Shown here one piece after another: positions 1 to 9,610 of a DNA stretch of 64,000 bases (the first letter of the stretch is position 1; each line of letters starts with the position of its first letter). The notes beneath the pieces are model-generated. The model was not told where the DNA came from. It saw only the letters and a list, made by a program, of their open reading frames with translations, and searched no databases. A program made the translations under genes and the position numbers. This DNA is from a virus. Lineage: Duplodnaviria > Caudoviricetes. The stretch covers positions 18,921-82,920 of the IMG/VR virus record IMGVR_UViG_3300012020_000004. One strand, written 5' to 3'.

Positions 1-1
1 A

Positions 2-397
2 GCCACAGAGCATGCCATCATCCACACTACCGAAAGAACCTACCTCGTAAAGAACAGCTACAAGACGCCCTCAGGGCTGTATGACGCAATCTGTAACGAG
101 CTAGACGATCCCGTCATCGACGCGGCTACTTTTAAGTCCCGCACCTACAATCCGATCACCGATTCCTTTACGGACTCTCCCTCAACGATTAGGTGTATCA
201 GACTGAGGTGGCAGGACCGCTTCATGTACCTCTCCCAGGCATCAGAGAAGTTCGAGCGCGGAGATGTGCAGTTGTTCGTGCCGTCGTCGGTGACCCCTAA
301 GGCGGCTGACATTGTTGACCTGAGCGACGGCCCGTGGCGGGTTGTGTCCGTGGTTGACAGCGGCAGCCACAATCTTCTGCACCTGAGAAGAGCATGA
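2..397 (+). CDS. 5'-truncated virion protein, probable head-tail joining/head-closure protein
   Basis: Open frame from base 2 (ATEHAIIHTTER...WRVVSVVDSGSHNLLHLRRA) to TGA 395-397, which overlaps the next ATG; position before tail completion genes. Confidence 0.65.
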   Translation, partial: ATEHAIIHTTERTYLVKNSYKTPSGLYDAICNELDDPVIDAATFKSRTYNPITDSFTDSPSTIRCIRLRWQDRFMYLSQASEKFERGDVQLFVPSSVTPKAADIVDLSDGPWRVVSVVDSGSHNLLHLRRA

Positions 398-894
398 GAC
401 TGACGATGCCCCGGCGACTCATCTCTGAGGCCGTCCGGGCGTCTATGCGGGCGGCGGAGAATAGGACACTTGCCCAGACAAAGAAGATGGCGCAGGACAC
501 ACTTGCCTTCGCTGCCAAGGTGTCACCTCAGTGGACAGGCACTTTCGCTGCAAACTGGCGCTTGTCGATTAATAGGGCCCGCCCAGGGAACAGTAGCGAC
601 GAGGTAGCCAGCGACGCTGAGCGTGAGTTTCCGCAGGCGAGCGAGCGGGACTCAGTGGCAGTGAACACTGCGATCAATAGCGCAGGCTCCAAGCTCTCCG
701 GGCTCAAGCTCGGGGATAGGATATACCTCTCCACTGTCGCCAGGAATCAAGATGGTAGCGAGTACCACTGGGATGTCGAGGGAGGGCTAATACGCTTTAG
801 ACGAGACAACCCAACGGCTAAGGCCAACAAGGGCAGAATTCTTGAGTTGGCCAGGCTTTATCTTCGCGCTAGGAATGTAGGGAAACTGAGATGA
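394..894 (+). CDS. Tail completion / HK97 gp10-like neck protein
   Basis: 166 aa, SPQWTGTFAANWRLS motif resembling this class; synteny. Confidence 0.55.
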   Translation: MRLTMPRRLISEAVRASMRAAENRTLAQTKKMAQDTLAFAAKVSPQWTGTFAANWRLSINRARPGNSSDEVASDAEREFPQASERDSVAVNTAINSAGSKLSGLKLGDRIYLSTVARNQDGSEYHWDVEGGLIRFRRDNPTAKANKGRILELARLYLRARNVGKLR

Positions 895-1292
895 CAACTT
901 ACGTTGAGGCCCGCGACACAATTGTTGCCTATCTAGAGGGCGCGTTCGCAGGCCTGCCCAGATTCTACGAGGACACAGAGACGGTAGACCTTGACGTAGT
1001 TGGCGACCAGTTCCTGGAGATCTGCATCGAGTTCGTGGACGCATACCAGGCAACCATCGGTACTTCCCCAATCGATCGAACACTTGGTTTTGTTGTCCTG
1101 TCGGTGTTCACGAGGGAGGGCAAGGGTAGCCGCACAGCCCTACAAGTGTTTGACACCATCAAGCAGGCTACCAAGTTCAGGAACCTTGGAAAGGTGCAGC
1201 TCGAGACGCCACGGCCGGGGGACGTGGAGCGCAAGAACGGCTGGGTCAACCGTGAAATCCTAGTGCCGTTCTGGTTCGACTCAAACTCCTAA
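891..1292 (+). CDS. Tail terminator-like protein
   Basis: 133 aa directly before the major tail gene; ATGA overlap; ends VPFWFD. Confidence 0.6.
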   Translation: MTTYVEARDTIVAYLEGAFAGLPRFYEDTETVDLDVVGDQFLEICIEFVDAYQATIGTSPIDRTLGFVVLSVFTREGKGSRTALQVFDTIKQATKFRNLGKVQLETPRPGDVERKNGWVNREILVPFWFDSNS

Positions 1293-1295
1293 TGC

Positions 1296-1324
1296 TTGAA
1301 TAAACTGAGCTTATGGTGTAGTCT
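1296..1324 (+). promoter_or_regulatory. Sigma70-like promoter upstream of major tail gene
   Basis: TTGAAT-N17-TAGTCT followed by a GC hairpin and the 1364 ATG. Confidence 0.5.
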
Positions 1325-1363
1325 CCGAGGGAGCCCGATGGTGGGCGCCTCCCGGAGATTTCC

Positions 1364-2551
1364 ATGGCACTAGCTTCTTCCAACCGCGCCCAGGTTCGCT
1401 ACATCCCCGAAGCGACTTTTGGCGTGACGCCCACGACGGGCAACTGCATCAACCTGCGCGCGACCGGCGAGTCGCTCGCCTTCGAAATTCAGACGACGAC
1501 GTCTCAGGAGATCCGCGCCGACCGCCAGATCACCGACGTTGTCCAGACCGGCGCCTCGACCTCGGGCGGCGTGAACATGGAGTTCTCCTACAAGGAGTAC
1601 GACACCCTCATCGAGGCCACTCTGCAGGGCACCTGGGCGCACTTCGGCACCGAGGGTCTCGGCGCCGCCGCCGCGGTGACGATCGACTCGACGGCCGGCA
1701 CGCTGACGTGGGGCGTGGCCCCGACTGGCTCCAGTGTTTTGACCGGCCTCGAGGTTGGTCAGTGGTTCAAGCTCATTGCCCCGAGCGACGCTGCAAACGG
1801 GGCCTACCTCAAGGTGGCCTCCCGCACGTCCACCACTATCACCGTCGCCGCCGCGACACCGATCCCTGGCACAGGCTCCCGCTCCAACGTGGCCAACGTC
1901 CAGGTCAAGTCTTCCCGCGTCAAGAACGACACGACCCAGCGCTCGTTCAGCGTAGAGAAGGAGTTCGCGGACGTTGCCCAGTTCTTCCTCTACAAGGGCA
2001 TGACGGCCTCGAAGATGAGCGTGCAGTTCCAGAGCGGCTCCATCGTCGGGGGCAGTTTTGAGTTCATGGGCACGGTCTCGAGCCGCGCGGGGGCGAGGCA
2101 GCTCCCCGGCACGCCCGCGGCTTCCCAGACGTTCGATGTCATGAACGCGGTGTCGGGCGTCGGCAACATCTACGAAGCCGGCGTTCCGCTGACCGGCACC
2201 TTCATCAAGTCGATCAACCTGGACATCGACAACGCGCTCCGCGGCCAGGACGCTATCGGCACCATGGGCTTTGTCGGCATCGCTTCTGGCACCGTCAGCG
2301 TCGGTGGTGCGATCGAGATGTACCTTGCTGACGGCACCATGTATGACAAGCTCGTCAACAACACCTCGAGTTCGCTGTCGTGGTTCGTGCGCGACGGCCT
2401 GGGCAACGGGTACGTCATCACCGCGGACAAAGTCAAGTTCTCGGGCGGCGGCGTGACGGCGGGCGGCCTGAACCAGGACGTGATGCTGTCGATGAACTGG
2501 CAGGGCCTGATGGATTCGACCGGCAAGACCATTGCGATCGATCGCCTCTAA
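1364..2551 (+). CDS. Major tail tube protein
   Basis: 395 aa, Gly/Thr/Ser-rich beta protein, strongly C/G-ending codons, precedes chaperone and tape measure genes. Confidence 0.85.
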   Translation: MALASSNRAQVRYIPEATFGVTPTTGNCINLRATGESLAFEIQTTTSQEIRADRQITDVVQTGASTSGGVNMEFSYKEYDTLIEATLQGTWAHFGTEGLGAAAAVTIDSTAGTLTWGVAPTGSSVLTGLEVGQWFKLIAPSDAANGAYLKVASRTSTTITVAAATPIPGTGSRSNVANVQVKSSRVKNDTTQRSFSVEKEFADVAQFFLYKGMTASKMSVQFQSGSIVGGSFEFMGTVSSRAGARQLPGTPAASQTFDVMNAVSGVGNIYEAGVPLTGTFIKSINLDIDNALRGQDAIGTMGFVGIASGTVSVGGAIEMYLADGTMYDKLVNNTSSSLSWFVRDGLGNGYVITADKVKFSGGGVTAGGLNQDVMLSMNWQGLMDSTGKTIAIDRL

Positions 2552-2621
2552 ACCCTCCCGCCGCTGGCAGACCGGTTAAAGTCTGCCAAGCACAAGTTGT
2601 CAAAATAATAAGGAGTCCAAA

Positions 2622-3014
2622 ATGGACATTTTTGCTACCTACGCAGTGAACGAAGACCTCGAGAACAACGGTACCTGGATGGAAGTTGGCGATGCCAGGT
2701 TCCTCATTGCTCGCGCCGGCAACAAGGCCTACGCGAAGATGTTCACGAAGGAATACGAGCGCAACCAGAAGGCGCTCGAGCGCAAGGATGACTCGGCTGA
2801 CAAGCTGGCTGAGCAGATCATGATCAAGGTCATCGCCAAGACGATCCTGCTGGGCTGGGATAACGTCAAGTTCAAGGGTGAGGACCTCCCCTACTCGACC
2901 ACCAACGCCGAGATGCTCCTGGGCCTCAAGGACTTCCGCCGCGAGATCGTCAAGCTCGCAGACGACTTCGACTCTTTCAAGGCCCAGAAGGCTGAGGAAG
3001 ACGAAAAAAACTGA
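2622..3014 (+). CDS. Tail assembly chaperone (gpG-like)
   Basis: 130 aa between tube and tape measure; AAGGAG SD; ends GAA AAA AAC TGA. Confidence 0.85.
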   Translation: MDIFATYAVNEDLENNGTWMEVGDARFLIARAGNKAYAKMFTKEYERNQKALERKDDSADKLAEQIMIKVIAKTILLGWDNVKFKGEDLPYSTTNAEMLLGLKDFRREIVKLADDFDSFKAQKAEEDEKN

Positions 3015-3370
3015 TCGCGTGGTACCGGTGGGTTCTCAAGTGGGGGGCTGAGGAGGAGACCCTACTTGAGATCCAGGAAGCCACTGGTATCACTCCTCAG
3101 GGGTTGACGGATAAGCCAAGCCTGTCTGGGGACTTAGTAGGCGTATGGGGTGCGTATAATCTGCTGAACAGCAGTAGGCTGATGACAGAAGCTGGACCAG
3201 GCCCCATACCCCTAACTGAAATTAAAGCCTACTTAGACATTGTCGATATAGACGATGTGGATAGTAGGCTTTATGTTGTACGAATAGTGCGAACCCTGGA
3301 TAACCTTTATTTAGAGCACTACGCAGAGCGTACCCGGCAGAGCAACCCCAAAGTAGGTCAGACGAAATGA
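2622..3370 (+). CDS. Tail assembly chaperone, -1 frameshifted long form (gpGT-like)
   Basis: Slippery heptamer A AAA AAC at 3005-3011; the -1 frame (KLIAWYRWVLKWGAEEE...) is open into ORF 3104..3370. Confidence 0.8.
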
Positions 3371-6300
3371 GCGAAAACAACCAGGTAATCCTTGATACCA
3401 GTCAGGCTAAGGTTGCCCTAGCCGAACTCGAGGCTCGACTTAAGTCCCTGGACAAGGCCATGGACGGGGTTTCTGCTGGCGCATTGATTGCTGAGTACAA
3501 GAAGCTTAGTGCTGGGGCCTCCGAGATGGCTACAGCCATATCTAAGTTGGAGGCAGCCAAGGGCACATCTGTACGGTCAATGCAAAGATACCGCGAAACG
3601 CTGGCTAGTACTCTAACTACCATTGGGCAGTTGAAGTCAGGTACAACTGCTCTTAGCACAGCCCTGACCAATCAGGGGAAGGCGACAGACAACTCTAAAG
3701 CTGCGATGGTTAGCTACCGCGCGGTTATCAGCGGCCTCTCGTACAGCTTCAGGGAGGCTGGGAAATACAGCCAGGATTACGTCAAGGGCCTGGCCGTACA
3801 GAAAGCGGCAGCCGCAGAACAGAACGACATGCTTGCTGGCATGTACAAGATGAGGGACTCGTTCCAGAAGCTTGGACGTATGCAGTCCATTGCTGAGCAG
3901 ATGGACATGAGGAGAACGACAGCCCTCCAGAAAGCTGCAGCCGCAGAACAGAATGACATGCTGACTGGCATGTACAAGATGAAGGAGTCGTTCCAGAAGC
4001 TGGGTCGGCAGTGGTCGCTGGCAGAGCAGATGGATCTGAGGAGAACGACAGCCCTCCAGAAAGCGGCAGCCGCAGAACAGAATGACATGCTTGCTGGCAT
4101 GTACAAGATGAAGGAGTCGTTCCAGAAGCTTGGGCGTATGCAGTCCATTGCTGAGCAAATGGATCTGAGGAGAACGACAGCCCTCCAGAAAGCGGCAGCC
4201 GCAGAACAGAATGACATGCTTGCTGGCATGTACAAGATGAGGGACTCGTACAGGGCTATGGAGCAGAAGCGTGACGTAGAGCTTAACAATATTCGTCAGG
4301 CGCAGGCTGTAAGGTACAGAGCTATCAACGAAAAGAGGGACCTTGAGGAGTACACCATGCGTCAGGCCCACCTGAAGCGCATGGAAATGCTTGAGCGTCG
4401 CTGGCTGGAGGCAGGGCCTCGTGGCCAGGCGTCGCAGGCGATGAAGGCCAGGAGCCTGATGGACGCCGGGATGGACCCGTCCAAGTACTACTCTGCACAG
4501 GCTATCGCAGCCGCCAGGAGCCTCAAGGAAACTGACAACCTCACCACTGCCCTCGGCAAGATGGGCAAGGAGTACAGGGCTGGTGGCGGGCACGCGCAGG
4601 CGTTCACCGAGAGCCAGCACGCAGTCCATTCCGCCTTGCGCGGCGTCTCTGGCGCCCTTGGTGCCCTGTGGCTGACCTATGGCAAATATGTGGCCGTTAT
4701 GGCTGCTGCTTCTGCGGCTACTATTGCCGCCTCCAAGTCATTCAAGGAAGGGGCAGAGCTTAGCTACCAGGCCCGCTTTGCTGCGATTCTGCAAGAGGAC
4801 GGGCCAGCCCCCGAGCAGACAATCCAGAATATTCGCAAGCGCCTGATCGAGGTCACTGACGGCACTAAGTTCAATGCGCTCGAGGCTGCGGAGGGTCTTC
4901 GTGTTCTTGCGCAGACCGGGGTTAAGGCTGAGGACGGCCTTAATATGTTGAACACGGTGATGGCTGCCACCATATTCGGTGAGACGAATATGGAGACAGC
5001 CACCAAGGGTCTCACGGACGCGATGTACAACTTCAGTCTCATGACTGATAACGCAGCGCAAAATACAGAGAACGTGAAGCGTGTTGGCGACGCCATGGCT
5101 TATGTGTCTGTGCAGACCAAGGCGGGCATGGACGACGTTGCAGAGTCGTTCAAGAACATGACTGGTCTCGCCCAACGCTACGGCCTGACCATTGAAGAGG
5201 CTGCTGTCGTTCTGGAGCGGGTAGGCAAGCGGGGCCTTGTTGGTGGCAACGCCGGCACCCTTGTCCGCAACATGTTTGAGGATCTGCTTGGCGCCCCCAA
5301 TAACCGGGCTGCTGCCAAGATCAGAGAGCTCCTTGGCATGGACATGTTCGTTAAGGGCCGCGACAACCCGCTGCAATATCTCCAGCAGGTGATCGAGAAG
5401 TACCGCGAACTTGGCGCTGCCCAGAAGCAGCAGTTCGACGCCAACATGCTAAATGAGCGTGGGCGCAGGCCGTTTAGTGTGCTGATAGAGGACCTCACCT
5501 CCCTTCAGGAAGGGCTGGACAAGACTAATGCTAAGGCTGCTGGGCTCCTTGACCGGCTGGTCTCTGGGTTGGATGGTGACGTTAAGACTGCATTCCAGAC
5601 CGCAGGGTCTGCGCTTGAGAACGCCTTCATGGAGGCGTTCTCGGGTAGCGAGCAATCCCTCCTGAGCCTCGCTAAGACCATGGAGGACGTCTTCAGAAGT
5701 GACGGCTTCAGAGACGGGGTTAAGTCCATGGTCAATGGCCTGGCTGACCTCGCTAAGTGGCTGATTGAGAATGAGGACTGGCTCAAGAAGATGGCTGCTG
5801 CCTACCTGGCGCTAAAGGCCGGGGGCATGGTCGTCAATGTGGCCAACGACATCTTCACGATGGGCAAGGCCGTGTCAGGGATGGGGTCTGCAGCAAGCAC
5901 TACAGCGGGTGTACTCGGCACACTCGGTCGGGGTATCGGGGAGCTGGGGGCCAAGCTAGCCGCTAACTCTGCAGTCCTGACCTTCATCAGGTTCTTGGCG
6001 ATGAACCCACTTGTTGCGGCTGGGGGGATGGCTGCTGCGAGCGCAGCTTACATCGCTTACAAGGACATCGGGACTCCTGTCAAGAGCAATGAGGGCATGC
6101 TGATAAAGGGGCCGACCTACGACCAGTACAAGTCGGACGCCAGAAAGGACATTGGCCTGTCAGGTGACACGGATATTTCCACCCTTGGTAAGGACGAGAC
6201 AGCTAAGGCCCTCGAGGCAAGCAATAAGCGATACAAGGACGTTATGGGTACTGCTGCCTGGCAGCGGGAGCACATACCAACGTTTAAGTACATCGAGGAG

Positions 6301-7770
6301 GATAACAAGGCCCTCAGGGCTAGGGCTAAGGCGCTCGATGAGGTGGCCGCGGCGCAGGCTAAGGTTGATGGTCCGAAGGTAATCGACAAGACAGAGCCTA
6401 TCGATATTGGTACCCCCTTCCCCCTGGGTGGCGGGAACGGGGGCAGAGGCCGCGTCGACCGTACACCTATGAAGGAAGTCGACAGCGCGTCCAAGCTCGC
6501 CAACGCAGAGTACGAGCAAGCCCTTGCCTCCATCGAGTTCTATAAGAAGGGGCTCGACCTGCGCAAGAACGCTCGCATGGTCGGGGAGAAGGAGTACCAG
6601 GACACGCTGGACGCCCTGGCCGAGCTCGAGATCCAGAAGGGCATCGACCGCGAGGACGCAGTCCAGAAGGCGATCTCTGAGTCCCTCCCCCGCGTCAAGG
6701 ACTCAGCGATGCGGGAGGACCTGATGGGCCGCATGGCCGAGTCCCTCCAGAAGGAGCAGGAGCTCACGACCAAGGCTTACACGGACAAGGCCCTAGCCCA
6801 GCTCAAGGCTCAGATCAGTCAGAAGGAATTCCTGCGCGAGATCGAGCGTGTGGAGTCGGAGTCGTTCAGCAACCGCCTGAGCGCCCAGGAGCAGTTCGTC
6901 AAGGAGTGGAACGCGAAGAACGGCGAACTGCTGCAACGCGCCATGGTCGACGGCGACATGGAGTCGTTTATCCGGCTCAAGAATGCCGAGGGCGAGGGCC
7001 GGGAAGTTGCCAGAAGATCCGACGCTACTGAGTTGGCGGGGATGTTCCCGGACAACAACGAAGCGCAGATGGCCGCACTTGAGGCCCGGTACCTCGCGGA
7101 GAGGGAGCGGATGCTGGCGCTCACGAAGGAGAATCTGGACCTTCAGCACCAGCTCGAGATGGACCTGACCTCCAGGTACCAGATGGAACTCGCCCAACTG
7201 CGGTTGCAGGGGGTTTACAGCTTCATGTCCGCGGGCGAGCAGATGACGAGCGCGGTGGCGGGCCTCATCGGCGCCGTGGTCGGTGAACAGTCTGAGGCGT
7301 ATAGGGTGATGTTCGCTGCGAGCAAGGCCTTTGCCGTGGCCAAGGCGACGATGGATATGTACACTGCGGTCTCTGCGGCGATGGCGGTGCAGGGTCCGTT
7401 GGGATGGGCCCAGATCGGCCCGATCATGGCCTCGATGTCGTCTCTCATTGGCCAGATTTCGAGCATCAATTATTCCGGCGCTTATGACAAGGGCGGTATA
7501 ATCCCCAGCGGAAAGTGGGGTATCGTCGGCGAGTATGGCCCGGAGATTGTCCAGGGCCCCGCCAATGTCACCAGCCGCGAAAAGACCGCGGAGCTTCTCC
7601 GCGGGTCTGGCCGGTCTGAGGCCGCGGCGCCGGCTGCGCCCCCGACGCTGAACGCCCGCATCGTCAACGTCCTAGATCCGAAGCTGGTAGGGGATTTCCT
7701 GGGTACGGACGACGGCGAGAAGCTCATCATGAACGTCATCCAGCGCAACAAGACAGCGCTGACTGCGTGA
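3367..7770 (+). CDS. Tail tape measure protein
   Basis: 1467 aa, Ala-rich helical protein, TP901-like core region, C-terminal YDKGGIIP..KWGIVGEYGPE motif; synteny. Confidence 0.92.
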   Translation: MSENNQVILDTSQAKVALAELEARLKSLDKAMDGVSAGALIAEYKKLSAGASEMATAISKLEAAKGTSVRSMQRYRETLASTLTTIGQLKSGTTALSTALTNQGKATDNSKAAMVSYRAVISGLSYSFREAGKYSQDYVKGLAVQKAAAAEQNDMLAGMYKMRDSFQKLGRMQSIAEQMDMRRTTALQKAAAAEQNDMLTGMYKMKESFQKLGRQWSLAEQMDLRRTTALQKAAAAEQNDMLAGMYKMKESFQKLGRMQSIAEQMDLRRTTALQKAAAAEQNDMLAGMYKMRDSYRAMEQKRDVELNNIRQAQAVRYRAINEKRDLEEYTMRQAHLKRMEMLERRWLEAGPRGQASQAMKARSLMDAGMDPSKYYSAQAIAAARSLKETDNLTTALGKMGKEYRAGGGHAQAFTESQHAVHSALRGVSGALGALWLTYGKYVAVMAAASAATIAASKSFKEGAELSYQARFAAILQEDGPAPEQTIQNIRKRLIEVTDGTKFNALEAAEGLRVLAQTGVKAEDGLNMLNTVMAATIFGETNMETATKGLTDAMYNFSLMTDNAAQNTENVKRVGDAMAYVSVQTKAGMDDVAESFKNMTGLAQRYGLTIEEAAVVLERVGKRGLVGGNAGTLVRNMFEDLLGAPNNRAAAKIRELLGMDMFVKGRDNPLQYLQQVIEKYRELGAAQKQQFDANMLNERGRRPFSVLIEDLTSLQEGLDKTNAKAAGLLDRLVSGLDGDVKTAFQTAGSALENAFMEAFSGSEQSLLSLAKTMEDVFRSDGFRDGVKSMVNGLADLAKWLIENEDWLKKMAAAYLALKAGGMVVNVANDIFTMGKAVSGMGSAASTTAGVLGTLGRGIGELGAKLAANSAVLTFIRFLAMNPLVAAGGMAAASAAYIAYKDIGTPVKSNEGMLIKGPTYDQYKSDARKDIGLSGDTDISTLGKDETAKALEASNKRYKDVMGTAAWQREHIPTFKYIEEDNKALRARAKALDEVAAAQAKVDGPKVIDKTEPIDIGTPFPLGGGNGGRGRVDRTPMKEVDSASKLANAEYEQALASIEFYKKGLDLRKNARMVGEKEYQDTLDALAELEIQKGIDREDAVQKAISESLPRVKDSAMREDLMGRMAESLQKEQELTTKAYTDKALAQLKAQISQKEFLREIERVESESFSNRLSAQEQFVKEWNAKNGELLQRAMVDGDMESFIRLKNAEGEGREVARRSDATELAGMFPDNNEAQMAALEARYLAERERMLALTKENLDLQHQLEMDLTSRYQMELAQLRLQGVYSFMSAGEQMTSAVAGLIGAVVGEQSEAYRVMFAASKAFAVAKATMDMYTAVSAAMAVQGPLGWAQIGPIMASMSSLIGQISSINYSGAYDKGGIIPSGKWGIVGEYGPEIVQGPANVTSREKTAELLRGSGRSEAAAPAAPPTLNARIVNVLDPKLVGDFLGTDDGEKLIMNVIQRNKTALTA
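3799..4247 (+). repeat. 129-bp (43-aa) tandem repeat, ~3.5 copies, inside tape measure gene
   Basis: CAGAAAGC..GCCGCAGAACAGAA(C/T)GACATG recurs at 3799, 3928, 4057 and 4186. Confidence 0.95.
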
Positions 7771-7778
7771 GGTAGAGA

Positions 7779-8615
7779 ATGCCACATCAAATTGGGTTTG
7801 TTGACGACAGTACTGTGCTCGCCCACTACAAGTTACTCGAGGTGGTACGGGACTTTGTCGTCCTCAACGGCTGGACGGTGCTTAGGTACGACGATGTGTC
7901 CAGCAACAGAGAGTTAATAGTTAAGGCCCCCGGGCTTACGGGAACTGAGGAGATATTCATAGGTCTCAGGACATACCAGGACGTATCTGCGGACTACTAT
8001 AATCTCGTTGCTGCAGGCTTTAGCGGATACTTACCAGGGAACAGCTTCGATACACAACCCTCTGTGATGCTGTCAGGTGTGCCGGCCCATAACCAGTATA
8101 TTGACTACTGGTTGACCATGAATGGGCAGAGGCTGTGCCTGGCCCTAAAGATAGCCCCTGGCGTATATGAGACAGTCTATCTAGGTAAGATGTTACCCTA
8201 CGCTACTCCTGGGCAATACCCGTACCCACTTGTTGTTGGTGGGATGCTTAGTGGCACCCCGGCCACACGCTATTCTGACACGGCCCATTCAATGCCATAC
8301 AGGGGGACTCGGGCCAACATGCGGCTATTCACAACTGGAGGAGCGTGGATACAACCTGACTGTTGGCCGTGGATAAACAGCCGTCTCGGGGGGGCGACAA
8401 CCCAGCTTCGTGACACAGGGGGCAACTACCCTCTCCTACCCGTGGTACTAACAGACACAAGTGGAGTGTATGGGGAACTGGACGGTATCTACTATATCAG
8501 CGGATTTAACAACCTTGTGGAGAACACCCTGGTTGTTGGTGGTAAAACCCATGTAGTTATTCGTGACGTTTGGCGTACGGGGTTTACTGACTATTACGCA
8601 ATGAGACTAGACTAA
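7779..8615 (+). CDS. Virion structural (distal tail region) protein
   Basis: 278 aa immediately after tape measure; GELDGIYYISGF motif resembles D3112/YuA-type tail-tip modules. Confidence 0.65.
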   Translation: MPHQIGFVDDSTVLAHYKLLEVVRDFVVLNGWTVLRYDDVSSNRELIVKAPGLTGTEEIFIGLRTYQDVSADYYNLVAAGFSGYLPGNSFDTQPSVMLSGVPAHNQYIDYWLTMNGQRLCLALKIAPGVYETVYLGKMLPYATPGQYPYPLVVGGMLSGTPATRYSDTAHSMPYRGTRANMRLFTTGGAWIQPDCWPWINSRLGGATTQLRDTGGNYPLLPVVLTDTSGVYGELDGIYYISGFNNLVENTLVVGGKTHVVIRDVWRTGFTDYYAMRLD

Positions 8616-9608
8616 ATGCCATATTACACCGGAACAGCAACTAGCTACGCGAACCTGGCGTCAACATTGACTGCGGCCCTCACTAGCCACGGGTGGCTAA
8701 GCTCTGATGGCATTTTGTCTAAGGGTGACCTGTTTGTGAAGATAACGACCAGCGAGTCTTTTGTCTCTATCTATTCTCCAGAAGGCATAGCTGTCCAAGG
8801 CGGGACAGGGAAGACTGGCAGCACCCTCACTGGCGCATCCTTGGTAAGGCCCCGGTTTGGCAGACCAAGGAGCTCTGTGGCTGCTATGTCATGGCCTCTG
8901 GAGTACTTTATCCACATATTCACAAACCCAGATGAGGTGTACCTGATAGCCAGGTATAACGTAAACCTATTTACGTTTGTGTCCTTTGGGAAAAGCACAG
9001 TTCCCAACATTGGTGGAACGGGCTTGTGGGTAACTGGGTCCAATAACTGGATGGAACACAGTCAGTACTCAATCCCCTACACGCTTACACCAACGTTAGG
9101 CGGGGTGGATTACTCCTACTCCTATCACTACCCAGCGGCCCCGGGAGCGCCTTTTTGGGAGTCTGTGTGGAGCTCCTACAACGACGACAGGCATGCCGAC
9201 TATAGGTCAGCAACACTGCACGCCAATTTGATGGCGTACCCCATAGAGTGGATGGGGTATGAGACTACTGCGAGTGAGGGCACCCCCATCAACGCTGTTC
9301 TTTATGCTGCCCCTCTGATAAGTAGACTTCCATCAGCCTGGAATGCAGAGGCGACACTAGTGCCAATCCAGGTTTACGCCACCGTAGCCAGCGCTAAGTG
9401 CTCCCTGGTTGTGGACGTAGCCCATGCTAGGTATACGCGAATAGACAACTACGAGCCTGGGCAGGTGATCACACTCGGCCCTGACAAATGGAAAATCTAC
9501 CCGTTTGTTAGTAAGAACACTAGTAACAGAGACTGTGCCAGCTTAAACAGTTCGTCTACGCCTCAGTCTGGCACCCTGGGGTGGGCAATCAGGTACGACG
9601 GGGTTTAA
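8616..9608 (+). CDS. Virion structural protein
   Basis: 330 aa, MPYYTG start and GWAIRYDG end; abuts previous stop. Confidence 0.6.
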   Translation: MPYYTGTATSYANLASTLTAALTSHGWLSSDGILSKGDLFVKITTSESFVSIYSPEGIAVQGGTGKTGSTLTGASLVRPRFGRPRSSVAAMSWPLEYFIHIFTNPDEVYLIARYNVNLFTFVSFGKSTVPNIGGTGLWVTGSNNWMEHSQYSIPYTLTPTLGGVDYSYSYHYPAAPGAPFWESVWSSYNDDRHADYRSATLHANLMAYPIEWMGYETTASEGTPINAVLYAAPLISRLPSAWNAEATLVPIQVYATVASAKCSLVVDVAHARYTRIDNYEPGQVITLGPDKWKIYPFVSKNTSNRDCASLNSSSTPQSGTLGWAIRYDGV

Positions 9609-9610
9609 TT

